From: Alphaproteobacteria bacterium | GTDB lineage: Bacteria; Pseudomonadota; Alphaproteobacteria; CALKHQ01 | Direction: 5' to 3' | Length of the DNA: 64,000 nt | NCBI GenBank assembly: GCA_965227515.1 | Contig: CBDDFZ010000002.1 | Coordinates: 864,001-928,000, forward strand | Shown: in pieces, positions 38,689-47,843 of the stretch | Layout of the letters: the number at the start of each line of letters is the position of its first letter | Position numbering within the stretch: the first letter of the stretch is position 1 | The notes under the pieces: generated by a model | Told to the model about the DNA's origin: nothing | What the model saw: the letters and a program-made list of their open reading frames with translations, nothing else | The model's database searches: none | Program-made: the position numbers and the translations under genes

Positions 38689-39261
38689 TCAGGCGCGTTC
38701 CGCGCCGCCGGCCATCGCCGCGACGATCTCCTGGAAACGGTCGGCGAGCGCGCCGGGCAGGAGTTCGGCGAACCTGTCGGCCAGCGCGCGGTAGTACCAC
38801 AGCGTGCCGTCGCGCCCGCCGGTGAACCGGTCCCACAGCGCCTCGCCACTCACCCGGTGGTCGTGCAGGATGGTGGTGGCGTTGTGGGTCTTGTCGGCGA
38901 GCGAGACCAGCAGCGACCGCGGCCGCTTGGCCGCCAGGCCGGCGATATAGGCCTCCTTGCGTGGGCGCCAGGCCGGCTTCGGGTCCTCCACCGTGTCAGT
39001 GCAGTCGGCCACGATGTCGCGCACGTCGTCGCCGAATTTCTGGCGGATCGTCTCCAGCGCCGCCGCGCCGCCCTGGTCCTCCGCCGCGTCGTGCAGCAGG
39101 GCCGCGATGGCCTGGTCCTCGTCGCCGCCATACTCCATCACCAGCGCGGAGACGGAGAGCAGGTGGGAGAGATAGGGCACGCCGCTGCCCTTGCGCACCT
39201 GCGCGCGGTGCAGCTCGGCCGCCAGCAGCAGCGCATCGTCGTAGCGTTCGGTCAGTTGCAT
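38689..39261 (-). CDS. HD-domain protein, small alarmone hydrolase (Mesh1/SAH)-like
   Basis: H..Q.RKG..VPY.SH, AALLHDAAED, SLADK.HN; AGGAGA RBS. Confidence 0.85.
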   Translation of the reverse strand: MQLTERYDDALLLAAELHRAQVRKGSGVPYLSHLLSVSALVMEYGGDEDQAIAALLHDAAEDQGGAAALETIRQKFGDDVRDIVADCTDTVEDPKPAWRPRKEAYIAGLAAKRPRSLLVSLADKTHNATTILHDHRVSGEALWDRFTGGRDGTLWYYRALADRFAELLPGALADRFQEIVAAMAGGAERA

Positions 39262-39341
39262 TCGTTCTCCTGTTTTCGTGGGGGGATGGGTGGCATGTCG
39301 GTACGGCGCAGGACATTCGCTGCGCTGTGGACCGGGATGTG

Positions 39342-42338
39342 TCAGAGAGGAAGTAGCGCGTCGACGAGGCGCTCGATGGTTCGGGCCACGCCGTCGGCCT
39401 CCAACGTTTTCCGGATCAAGCGCCGCTTGGTCGTAAAATGCGCGTCTTCGGGCCATTCGACGCGCGCCGCGACCTCGGTGGCACGCAGTGCTGCGGCGGA
39501 AAGGTCCACGTGAAGCGCTTCGGCTGCGTCGAATTCGGGGATCGGCAGCGTCCAGACCAGATTGTCGAAGTCGCGCGGATCGCGCTGGCCGACCGGCTGG
39601 AGATCTTTCACCCGATCGAGCACGATGTTCGTGTTTAGGATCGCGGTCACATAGGCGGCTTCTTCGAGAGAGTTGGCGGCCGCCCAATAGGCCTTGTGGT
39701 CGACGATCACATCGTCGTCCTCGAGCCAGCAAGCGCTCAGCCGCGTTCCGGCTTTTGTATAGAGAACGCGGAGCGGAACGCGGTTGGCTTGAGCTCTGAG
39801 CATCCCCATCGCATCGAAGCGTTCAGCGAGTGACATGCGAGCCTTGCCATCGACGCCCTTGTTGCTGTGCTCGTTCCATTTTGCTTCTGCGTCGCGCAAC
39901 CAGGCGGCAAGGCCACGGCGTCCATGCGCCTCCGCGTCCGCCGCCGTTAGGATCGCGCCCTCCGCCATGGGAACCACACCCGTCACGAGATCGAGGAGCC
40001 GATAGGGCGCCACCGACTCGCCGAGTGCAATCCGCCGCAGGAAGGCCCGTTCGACGGGACCCTCAGGAGGCTCTACGTTCGTCCAGGGCTTCTTGTCGAG
40101 ATTGCCCACGCGGCCGCGCACTCGCGGCGCGTCACGACGGCTCAAGAGCCGCCCGGTCGCGGCATACTCTACCAGAACGAAACGGCGTGGAAAAAGGCTG
40201 GCACCATTGCGAAAGCGCTGTCGATAGGGTGAGGCAGAGACCAGCGTCCGCGGTCTCGGCCAGGCGGCACGGACATACGTTAGCGCCTCGGCCGCCTCGG
40301 CCTTACTGGCATCGCGTCGCGGAAGCACCCCGACCCAGCGATCGATCTCCGCAGGCGGTTGCCGCTCGCGGTCGCGCGATCCGAAGAGCACGCAGGTGCT
40401 CGTCGTGCTGCTGCCGGATTGCGCGCCGAAAATCGGCCATACACGCTCCAACCCCCACCCGCCGGTGATCGCCACCTTGACCCGCTGCATGTTCCCGTCG
40501 CGAATTCCGGCGAATACGGGAGCGTTTAGTACGGCATAGGGCAGGACGAGCGCCAGCGAACCGCCTTCACGCAAGTAGCGCTCGGCACCGCGTGCCCAAA
40601 ACAACGCACACATGTCCTGTTGCGTGGCGAGGTTGCCGCCGACCCAAACACCGTAGCTCTGCAGCGCGTCGCGCAGCCGGTCCTTCATGTCTGCGCTCAG
40701 GTGGCGATAGACGATCCAGGGCGGGTTGCCGATCAATACGTCGGCGCGGTGATCCGGATGGGACAACCACACTGGGCGCAGCAAATTGCGCAGGACGAAG
40801 GTCCATATGTGGTTGCGGTCTTCGAGATAGAGTTGCTTCAGTTGCGCGAAGGTCGTGCCGAGCATCGCCGCATCTTCGGTGGTGGCACCGGCCCGGGCGA
40901 TAGCGTCTCGTATCGCCTCCGGTTCGGCGAGGGTGTCGAGCCCGCGGTTGAGTTCGTCCAGCGCGCTTTCGAACAGTTGCTGATCGCTTGCCAGACCGGC
41001 GGGGATGCGCAAGGGCGGATCGTTCGGCGGTACATCCACCAACACCTCGGCCGACGCGCCAAGCGGGCGAAGGTTCCACTGCATGGAGTCGCCCATATAA
41101 ACGGGCACACTTAGCGTGGGTGGCCGATCCTGCACCAGGTCCCCCAGCGCCAGCAGCCAGGTGACACGTGCAAGCGCAATGGCGACCGGGTGTACGTCGA
41201 TGCCGAACACGCGATCGGCGCAGATCGCCACGATCTCGGCCGGCGGCAACCCTGCTTGCCGTCCCGCTTCGATCAGGCGGCGCAACGCGTGGAACAGGAA
41301 GGTTCCCGAGCCACAGGACGGATCAAGCACGCGCTGTTCCAGCGGGCGTGGGATCGCAGCCGTAACGACCCGCGCTGCCAGCCAGTCGGGCGTGTAGTAT
41401 TCGCCCAGATCGTGGCGCTCGTCGGGATCGATCAGACTCTCGTACAGACTCTTGAGTACGTCGACTTCGACGTCGCGCAGGCGAAAGCGCACGGTCTCTG
41501 CTGCAAGCGTGCGCACCAGATCATTGCCGCCGGTTGCGAGTAGCGGCCAGTCGAAAAAGTCAGCCTCGACGGCGCCGACGATGCCTTCGTTCGATAGAAG
41601 TCGGCCCGACAACATCTCGGCCGGATCGCCGATTTCAAGATCGAGGACGCGTGCCGCGATCGCCTTCACGAGGATGGTCAGGTAGGTGTGCTGGAGGAAC
41701 AGGGCATCGCTACCGACATCGTCTCCGTAGACTTGGCGCAGCAATCCATCCCACAGATTGCGCTTCAGACGCACCTCGGGATGGTCGCTGACCTCGGACC
41801 AAAGGCGCTCGAGTTCCGCATGCGCGCGGCCGAACGCGAGGCTATATCTTCCGAAGGAAAGCGCGACCGCGATAGGTGTCGGCATTACCTCTGGAACAGG
41901 CGCCAGCAGCGGTTCGAGTCAGCTCAGCAACCGCTCGGGGTGATTGACATCGACCTCGTAGCGGCCGATAGGCTTGAGCGCGTCGTGATCGAGCGTATAG
42001 GCGAGCACTGTCGCCCCGTCGGTGGCAAGACCGACCGTGGTGCGGCCGGGCGCGCTGTTGTGACTTGCATCGGCCAGGTAGGCCGGCATTCGGGCGAGCA
42101 CGTCGCGCTCTTCTCGCCGAAGATCGCTCTTGAGTTCAATGATCGTGGCGCCCCATGCCACGTCGATGCGCCCACTGTTGTCGACCAGGTATCGCTCGTG
42201 CTCTACCTCGCTGAATGCAGCGTCAAATCCTTCCCGCAGCAGTTCCGTGACAAGCCCGCGTAGCGCCTCGTGTCGCGGCCGGGAGGCCATCGAGCGGACG
42301 ATGTCGGGCAGGCGATCTTGGCGCCAACCATTTGTCAT
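39342..42338 (-). pseudogene. Fused PD-(D/E)xK endonuclease / N6-adenine DNA methyltransferase (Type IIG-like) interrupted by an in-frame TGA
   Basis: GRID...IIELK nuclease motif; LGEYYTP, LDPSCGSGTF (motif I), NPPW (motif IV); the two ORFs are in the same frame across the TGA at 41921-41919. Confidence 0.8.
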
Positions 42339-42366
42339 ATGTCCCCTCCCGCTCGGGGGCTCACCG

Positions 42367-42395
42367 TTGCCGCCGCACGCACGAGCGAATATTCT
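42367..42395 (+). promoter_or_regulatory. Sigma70-type promoter giving a probable leaderless mRNA
   Basis: TTGCCG-N17-TATTCT-N6-ATG(42402); no Shine-Dalgarno. Confidence 0.55.
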
Positions 42396-42401
42396 GCCGG
42401 C

Positions 42402-42704
42402 ATGAGATTCGTTCAAGCAGACTTGTTCGCGCAAGACAGCGCCGAGCGCAACACCCTGTCGGATTCACAGCGGGCGGCAATTCGCTCGCGCTTGGAGGCG
42501 ACGCTGGCAAGGCTGGCCGCAGCGGAAACCTTTCCTTGGCACGATCCGTTGGACGCTGTTCACGAGGAGAATCGCTTTCAACGCGACACCGATATGCTTG
42601 GCGACGAGGGCGCTGAGCTTTGGGTCCGATTCGACAAAGAAATGGATCGGCTATACGAGACGCAGCCCCCTGTAGATGCTTGCGCGGCTGAAAAGAGACA
42701 CTAA
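42402..42704 (+). CDS. Small alpha-helical hypothetical protein, divergent from the RM-like gene
   Basis: 100 aa starting MRFVQADLF; promoter positioned directly at the ATG. Confidence 0.7.
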   Translation: MRFVQADLFAQDSAERNTLSDSQRAAIRSRLEATLARLAAAETFPWHDPLDAVHEENRFQRDTDMLGDEGAELWVRFDKEMDRLYETQPPVDACAAEKRH

Positions 42705-42743
42705 AGGGCTGACTATCACAGTCGGGAAGTCAATGGGCTCCCG

Positions 42744-45191
42744 TTACGACTCGCCACCACTACCCCGCCCGAACTTCCGGGCCACCTCGGCGAAGGCGGC
42801 CAGGCGGGCGGCGACCTTGCCGTTGATGCTGTCGGCCGGGTAGGCGCCGTCATTGCCCGCCTCGCCCGCCGGCACGCCGGTCAGCACCTCGATGCCCTGG
42901 TCGATGGTCTCGATCGGCCAGACCCGGAAGGTGCCGGCCTCGATGGCCTCCACCACGTCGTGGCGCAGCATCAGGTGCTTCACGTTTGAGGCCGGGATCA
43001 TCACCCCCTGGCTGCCGGTCAGCTCGCCCTGTTCCAGGCATGAGTCGAAGAAGCCCTCGATCTTCTCGTTGGCGCCGCCGATGGCCTGTACCTCGCCGAA
43101 CTGGTTGACCGACCCGGTGACCGCGATGCCCTGGTCGATGGGCACGCCCGACAGCGCCGACAAGAGCGCGTAGAGCTCGGTGGAGGAGGCGCTGTCGCCG
43201 TCCACCGGGCCGTAGGACTGCTCGAACACCAGGGTGGCGGAGAGCGCCAGCGGCGTGTCGGCGGCGAACCTGGCGCCCAGATAGCCGGACAGGATCATCA
43301 CGCCCTTGGTGTGCAGCGGCCCGCCGAGCTCGACCTGGCGCTCGATGTCCACCACCTCGCCCTTGCCGGGGCGGACGCGCGCGGAGATGCGGTTGGGCTT
43401 GCCGAAGGCGAAGCCGCCGACGTCCAGCACCGCCAGCCCGTTGACCTGGCCGATGTGGGTGCCTGTGACGTCGATCATCATGGTGCCTTCGCCGATCCGC
43501 TCCTGGATCATCTCGCGCGGGCGGTCCAGGCGGTAGATCATTGCGTCGATGGCGCCGGTCACGTCCTCGCGCTCGATCTGGTCGCGGCCGGCCTTGGCGG
43601 CCAGGAAGTCGGCCTCCTGCACCACGTCCAGGATCGAGCGCATGTGGGTGGAGAGCTTGCCCTGGTGGGCGGCGAGGCGGGAGGCGTGCTCCACCATGCG
43701 CGCCGCCGCCGCACAGGTCAGGCTCTTCAGGTCGTGGCGCCGGGCGAGCTGGCCGACGGTCTGGCCGAACGCGTCCTCGGTCGCCTCGGTCCGGTCCATG
43801 CTCTCGGCGAAGTCGACCGCCACCTTGAACAGCTCGGCGAACTCCGGGTCGTTGGCCTTCAACAGGTTGTAGATGTAGCGGTCGCCGAACAGCACCACCT
43901 TGACGTCGAGCTTAATCGGGATCGGCTGCAGCGACTGGGTGTACATCACGCTGGCCGCGGCGTTCGGCTGCTCGATGGGGATCTCGCCGGCGTGGAGAGC
44001 GCGTTTGAGCTCCTGCCAGGCGAAGGGCTGCGACACCAGCTTGATGACGTCCAGCAGCAGATAGCCGCCATTCGCCTTGTGCAGGTCGCCCGGCTTGATC
44101 AGCGTGTGGTCGGTGGTCAGCGTGCCGAACTGGGCGACATGCTCGATCCGGCCCATCAGATTGCCGTGGGTCGGGAAGTCGCACTCGATCACCGGCGCGC
44201 CATTTGCGCCAGCAGTGTCGCCGGCATTCTCGATCATGACGTTGACCTGATAGCGCTTCAGCAGGTTCGGGTTGGGTTGCATGCCGCCCGCGGCCGCGGC
44301 GGCCTCCGGGTTCGGCGGGCCGTGCTGCTCGGTGGTCAGCAACTGCAGCAACGGCATGGCGTGCTCCACCACGTCCGCCTTCATCGCCTCCAGGTGGCCG
44401 ATCACGCCCGGCTGGCCGTCGAACAGCTCGGCCAGCTCGTCGAAGATGGGCGCGACCGCCTGTTCCACCGTGGTCTGGTTCAGCTTGCGGGCGACGTCGC
44501 GCTGCTCGCGCTCCCACTTGCGTGACTGGCGCTGGGTGTCGCGCATGCTCTCCTGCATGTCGGCCATCGCCTTTTCCAGGCGCTCGCGCTCGTCCTCGGG
44601 CAGCGCGCGGAAGGCGTCCGGCTCCATCGGCTTGCCGTCGGCGACCGGCACGAACGCGATGCCCTGCTGGGTGCGGGTCATGATCAGCCCGCTGTCTTCC
44701 GCCACCTTGGCCAGCGCCTTGATCGCCTGCTCCTGGTGGGCGTTCATGTCGGCCTCGATGGACTGGACCTGGGCGCGGTACTCGTCGCTCTCGAAGGCGG
44801 CGGGCAGGGCGGCGCGCAGATCCTCGATCAGCTCCTCGCACTCGCGGCGGAAACGGCTGGCGTCGCCCGGCTTCAGCGACAGCGCCTTGGGGCGGTGCGG
44901 CTCGTCGAAGTTGAAGACGTAGACCCAGTCGTCGGGCCGGGCGCGGCTGTCCGCCGTGCCGCGCAGGTGGCGCTTCACCAGGGTGCGGCGGCCGGAGCCG
45001 GCGGCGCCCATGGCGAACATGTTGAAGCCGAACCGGTCGATGGCGACGCCGAAGTCGATGGCCTGCTCGGCCCGCTCCTGGCCGATGAAGTCGGAGCTGT
45101 CCGGCAGGTCGGCCGTGGTGTCGAAGTCCAGCGTGTCCGGGTCGCAGCGGCGATAGACCTGGTTGGGGGTCAACGGCGCGGGAATGGTCAT
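42744..45191 (-). CDS. Lon-like (LonC/YcbZ-type, S16) protease
   Basis: GQERA..AI.FG, degenerate Walker A GAAGSGRRT, HKANGGYL, GDSAS and EKIEGF Ser-Lys dyad. Confidence 0.9.
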   Translation of the reverse strand: MTIPAPLTPNQVYRRCDPDTLDFDTTADLPDSSDFIGQERAEQAIDFGVAIDRFGFNMFAMGAAGSGRRTLVKRHLRGTADSRARPDDWVYVFNFDEPHRPKALSLKPGDASRFRRECEELIEDLRAALPAAFESDEYRAQVQSIEADMNAHQEQAIKALAKVAEDSGLIMTRTQQGIAFVPVADGKPMEPDAFRALPEDERERLEKAMADMQESMRDTQRQSRKWEREQRDVARKLNQTTVEQAVAPIFDELAELFDGQPGVIGHLEAMKADVVEHAMPLLQLLTTEQHGPPNPEAAAAAGGMQPNPNLLKRYQVNVMIENAGDTAGANGAPVIECDFPTHGNLMGRIEHVAQFGTLTTDHTLIKPGDLHKANGGYLLLDVIKLVSQPFAWQELKRALHAGEIPIEQPNAAASVMYTQSLQPIPIKLDVKVVLFGDRYIYNLLKANDPEFAELFKVAVDFAESMDRTEATEDAFGQTVGQLARRHDLKSLTCAAAARMVEHASRLAAHQGKLSTHMRSILDVVQEADFLAAKAGRDQIEREDVTGAIDAMIYRLDRPREMIQERIGEGTMMIDVTGTHIGQVNGLAVLDVGGFAFGKPNRISARVRPGKGEVVDIERQVELGGPLHTKGVMILSGYLGARFAADTPLALSATLVFEQSYGPVDGDSASSTELYALLSALSGVPIDQGIAVTGSVNQFGEVQAIGGANEKIEGFFDSCLEQGELTGSQGVMIPASNVKHLMLRHDVVEAIEAGTFRVWPIETIDQGIEVLTGVPAGEAGNDGAYPADSINGKVAARLAAFAEVARKFGRGSGGES

Positions 45192-45250
45192 CTGCTGGTT
45201 TCCTCCGGTGGTCTTGTTGTTGGCGGTCTTGTTGCTGGGCGGGCTTGTTA

Positions 45251-45652
45251 TCAGGCGCTGTCTTCGATGGCGTGCATGTCGTCGTCGGACAGGCCGAGAT
45301 GATGGCCGATCTCGTGGATCAGCACATGGCGGATCAGGTGCTGCAGGTCCTCGCCGGTTTCGCACCAATAGTCCAGCAGGGCACGCCGGTAGAGGAAGAT
45401 GCGGTCGACGTCGCTGGGGGTGCCGCCGACCTCCTTCTCGCCGATGGACACGCCGCTGTAGAGGCCGAGCAGGTCGAACGGCGTCTCCAGCTCCATCTCG
45501 CGCGCGGTGTCCTCGTCAGGGAACTCGACGACGGCGATCGCGATGTCGGTGGCGTGCCTGCGGAACACCTCCGGGATGTCGTCGAAGGCCTGGCGGGCGA
45601 TCGCCTCCAGGTCGTCGAGGGAGGGGGCGGTGGTCCAGTCGGTGCGGGGCAT
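45251..45652 (-). CDS. Zincin-like metallopeptidase family protein (DUF1025)
   Basis: DLLGLY.G, I.LYRR, HVLIHEIGHHLGLSDDDM. Confidence 0.9.
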   Translation of the reverse strand: MPRTDWTTAPSLDDLEAIARQAFDDIPEVFRRHATDIAIAVVEFPDEDTAREMELETPFDLLGLYSGVSIGEKEVGGTPSDVDRIFLYRRALLDYWCETGEDLQHLIRHVLIHEIGHHLGLSDDDMHAIEDSA

Positions 45653-45803
45653 GGCCCGGATATAGCCGATCCCGGCCGCGCGGGGGAGGGGGTGCGGCCG
45701 CGCTGGACCCGCTTGCCTGAAAAATACCGCTCGGGCAGGTTTGGCCGCGTAACCGCAGGAACGCCCGGATACTGAACCCCGGATACTGAGCACGGAGAGT
45801 TCG

Positions 45804-47213
45804 ATGCCTGGAATTGCCCGCACGTTGTGCGCGACGGCCGTGGGCCTCGCATTGCTGCCGGTGCCGTCGCCCGCGTCCGCCCAGGATCCCGCATCCGACC
45901 AGGAGGAAGCGCCTGGCCTGATCGAGCTGCTGGCGCTGATGCCGGCGACGGGAGACCCGGCCAACGCGCTTCATCTCTTCAGCTACGTCGATTTTCGGGC
46001 CATCGAGGCGGCGGCGGGGATTGACGCGCCCGACGTGGAAGTCGCCTACCAGGACGGGTTCGACGCGTTCGCCGACTGGTCGCAGGACGACGTCGCCGCA
46101 TGGTTCCAGGCGCGCCGGCGCATCGTCACCGGCCCGCCGGACATCGTGAGCCATGCCGGCATGGTTGGCCGAACCGACCTCGCCATGGCGGACGCCACGG
46201 GGGTCGACTACTTCGCCATCGATCGCGCGATGGATTTCCACCAGGCGAGCGGGGGGTACCTCATGGCCGGCGACGCGCCGATGGCCGTGATCGATGACAT
46301 GACCATGTGGAGCGACCTCCGCTCCCGCGGCCATGCGCTTGCCGATGTCGACGGCGTGCCGGTCTGGCACCGCTTCGAGGATAATGGCGTCGCACTTCTG
46401 CTTGCCGACGAGGGCGCGGCCGCCGATCCGTTCGATGGAGAGGCGATGCGGGCCGTGCGGCTGGCGGTGCTGCCCGACCTGCTGATTCTGGCCCGGAACT
46501 GGGCGGACCTGGAGACTACGCTGGCGATCCGCGCCGGGGAGGCCGAGCCTTCGCCGGTTGTGCCCCTGCTGCAACGCATGGTGGCGGCGACATTGATGCT
46601 GGACGGCGTCGACCAGCGGGTGCTCCAGGCCTGGGCCAGTCCGGTTTCCGCCCTGATGCCGCAGGGCGGCGCCGTGCCGGACGTGCTTGCGCAGATGTTC
46701 GCCGACGGCGGCGGGCAATTGCCCGATGCTGAGACGCTGGCCGAGACGGTGCAGCCGACGGATGCCCCGGCGGAGTCGCTGCCGGCCTATCCAGTGGCGC
46801 TGTTCGCCGACCTGCAGGCGGGCGACATGCAAGTCAATGCCATCGCGCTGCCATTTGCCAGCCGTGCTGCGGCGGACGTCGCGGCCCAGGTGCTGGCGGC
46901 CCGCCTGTCCGCGTGGGTGCTGCCGCGCGGCCCCGCGGATGAGCGCGCCATCGATGTTGTGGACGGTACGGTCGAAGCGCTTGTTGTCGATGCGCCGGGT
47001 ATCGGGGCGGACCTGGCGGGCGCCCTTCGCGCGCTCGGTGCGGCGGGTGGCGGGCAGATGGCGGACGCGGATGGCGCGATTGCGGTGGTCGCGGTGCGTT
47101 ACCCGATGTCGGCCGCAACCCAGGCGTCTTCGTCGTCAACCGCCGGGATCGTGCTGTACTGGTTGGCCGCGAGCCTGCTCAACCGCGACCTGACGCTGCT
47201 GTCGGTGCCGTAG
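45804..47213 (+). CDS. Exported hypothetical protein
   Basis: Signal peptide (..PASAQD), GGAG RBS, host-like codon use, no recognised domain. Confidence 0.7.
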   Translation: MPGIARTLCATAVGLALLPVPSPASAQDPASDQEEAPGLIELLALMPATGDPANALHLFSYVDFRAIEAAAGIDAPDVEVAYQDGFDAFADWSQDDVAAWFQARRRIVTGPPDIVSHAGMVGRTDLAMADATGVDYFAIDRAMDFHQASGGYLMAGDAPMAVIDDMTMWSDLRSRGHALADVDGVPVWHRFEDNGVALLLADEGAAADPFDGEAMRAVRLAVLPDLLILARNWADLETTLAIRAGEAEPSPVVPLLQRMVAATLMLDGVDQRVLQAWASPVSALMPQGGAVPDVLAQMFADGGGQLPDAETLAETVQPTDAPAESLPAYPVALFADLQAGDMQVNAIALPFASRAAADVAAQVLAARLSAWVLPRGPADERAIDVVDGTVEALVVDAPGIGADLAGALRALGAAGGGQMADADGAIAVVAVRYPMSAATQASSSSTAGIVLYWLAASLLNRDLTLLSVP

Positions 47214-47230
47214 CGGCCGCCGCCCGGGGG

Positions 47231-47782
47231 CTACTCGTTGCGGAAGATGTTTTCCAGGCCGCGCAGGGCGCTGGAGAAACCCAGCAGCGACAGCGGAATG
47301 GTGACGTCGAAGCCGTCCGGCCCCACCATCTGGAACTGGCCGACGATGCCGCGGCGGAAGGCGGTCAGAATGTCCTCCGACTCGTCCGTCGAGCGCGCGT
47401 ACTGACAATCGACGCCGCTGGCATCGGCGATCTCCAGTTCCGCGACCAGCTCGTTGTCGACATTGACCCGCAGCACCGCGCCCGGCGGTGCGGAGGGCGG
47501 GCACAGGTGGAAATGCACCACCGGCTCCTCGGTGGCATCGACAAACCCGACAGAGACGCTGACCGACTGTGGCTCGACCAGCCCTGCCTGCTGTTCGGTT
47601 GCGTCGTTGTAGATCCAGCACACCCGCTGGCGCGTCTCGGCCATCACGTCACAGCGCAGGGTCCAGTCGCGGTGGCGACGTTCTTCCTGTGCCGTGGCCG
47701 GCGGGGCATGCATCAGGGATAGCAGGGCGGTCGCCAACATAGCCAACAGGGGGGCAAACCACAGGGTGCTGCGGCGGTTCAT
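47231..47782 (-). CDS. Invasion-associated locus B (IalB) family protein
   Basis: Signal peptide, DW.LRC...C, IPLSLLGFSSAL. Confidence 0.75.
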   Translation of the reverse strand: MNRRSTLWFAPLLAMLATALLSLMHAPPATAQEERRHRDWTLRCDVMAETRQRVCWIYNDATEQQAGLVEPQSVSVSVGFVDATEEPVVHFHLCPPSAPPGAVLRVNVDNELVAELEIADASGVDCQYARSTDESEDILTAFRRGIVGQFQMVGPDGFDVTIPLSLLGFSSALRGLENIFRNE

Positions 47783-47843
47783 CACCGGTACTCCAACGAT
47801 ATTCAAGATCGTTCCTGCCTGCGCGGCCCATTGCCGTGCGGCG

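Noticed and set aside
38390-38690. Possible CRISPR array
   Set aside because: The repeats are inverted and few, with no regular repeat-spacer period and no cas genes.
41880-41925. Programmed frameshift or selenocysteine in the RM-like gene
   Set aside because: The two ORFs are in the same frame, so there is no frameshift; the context suggests Trp rather than Cys, and no convincing SECIS hairpin follows.
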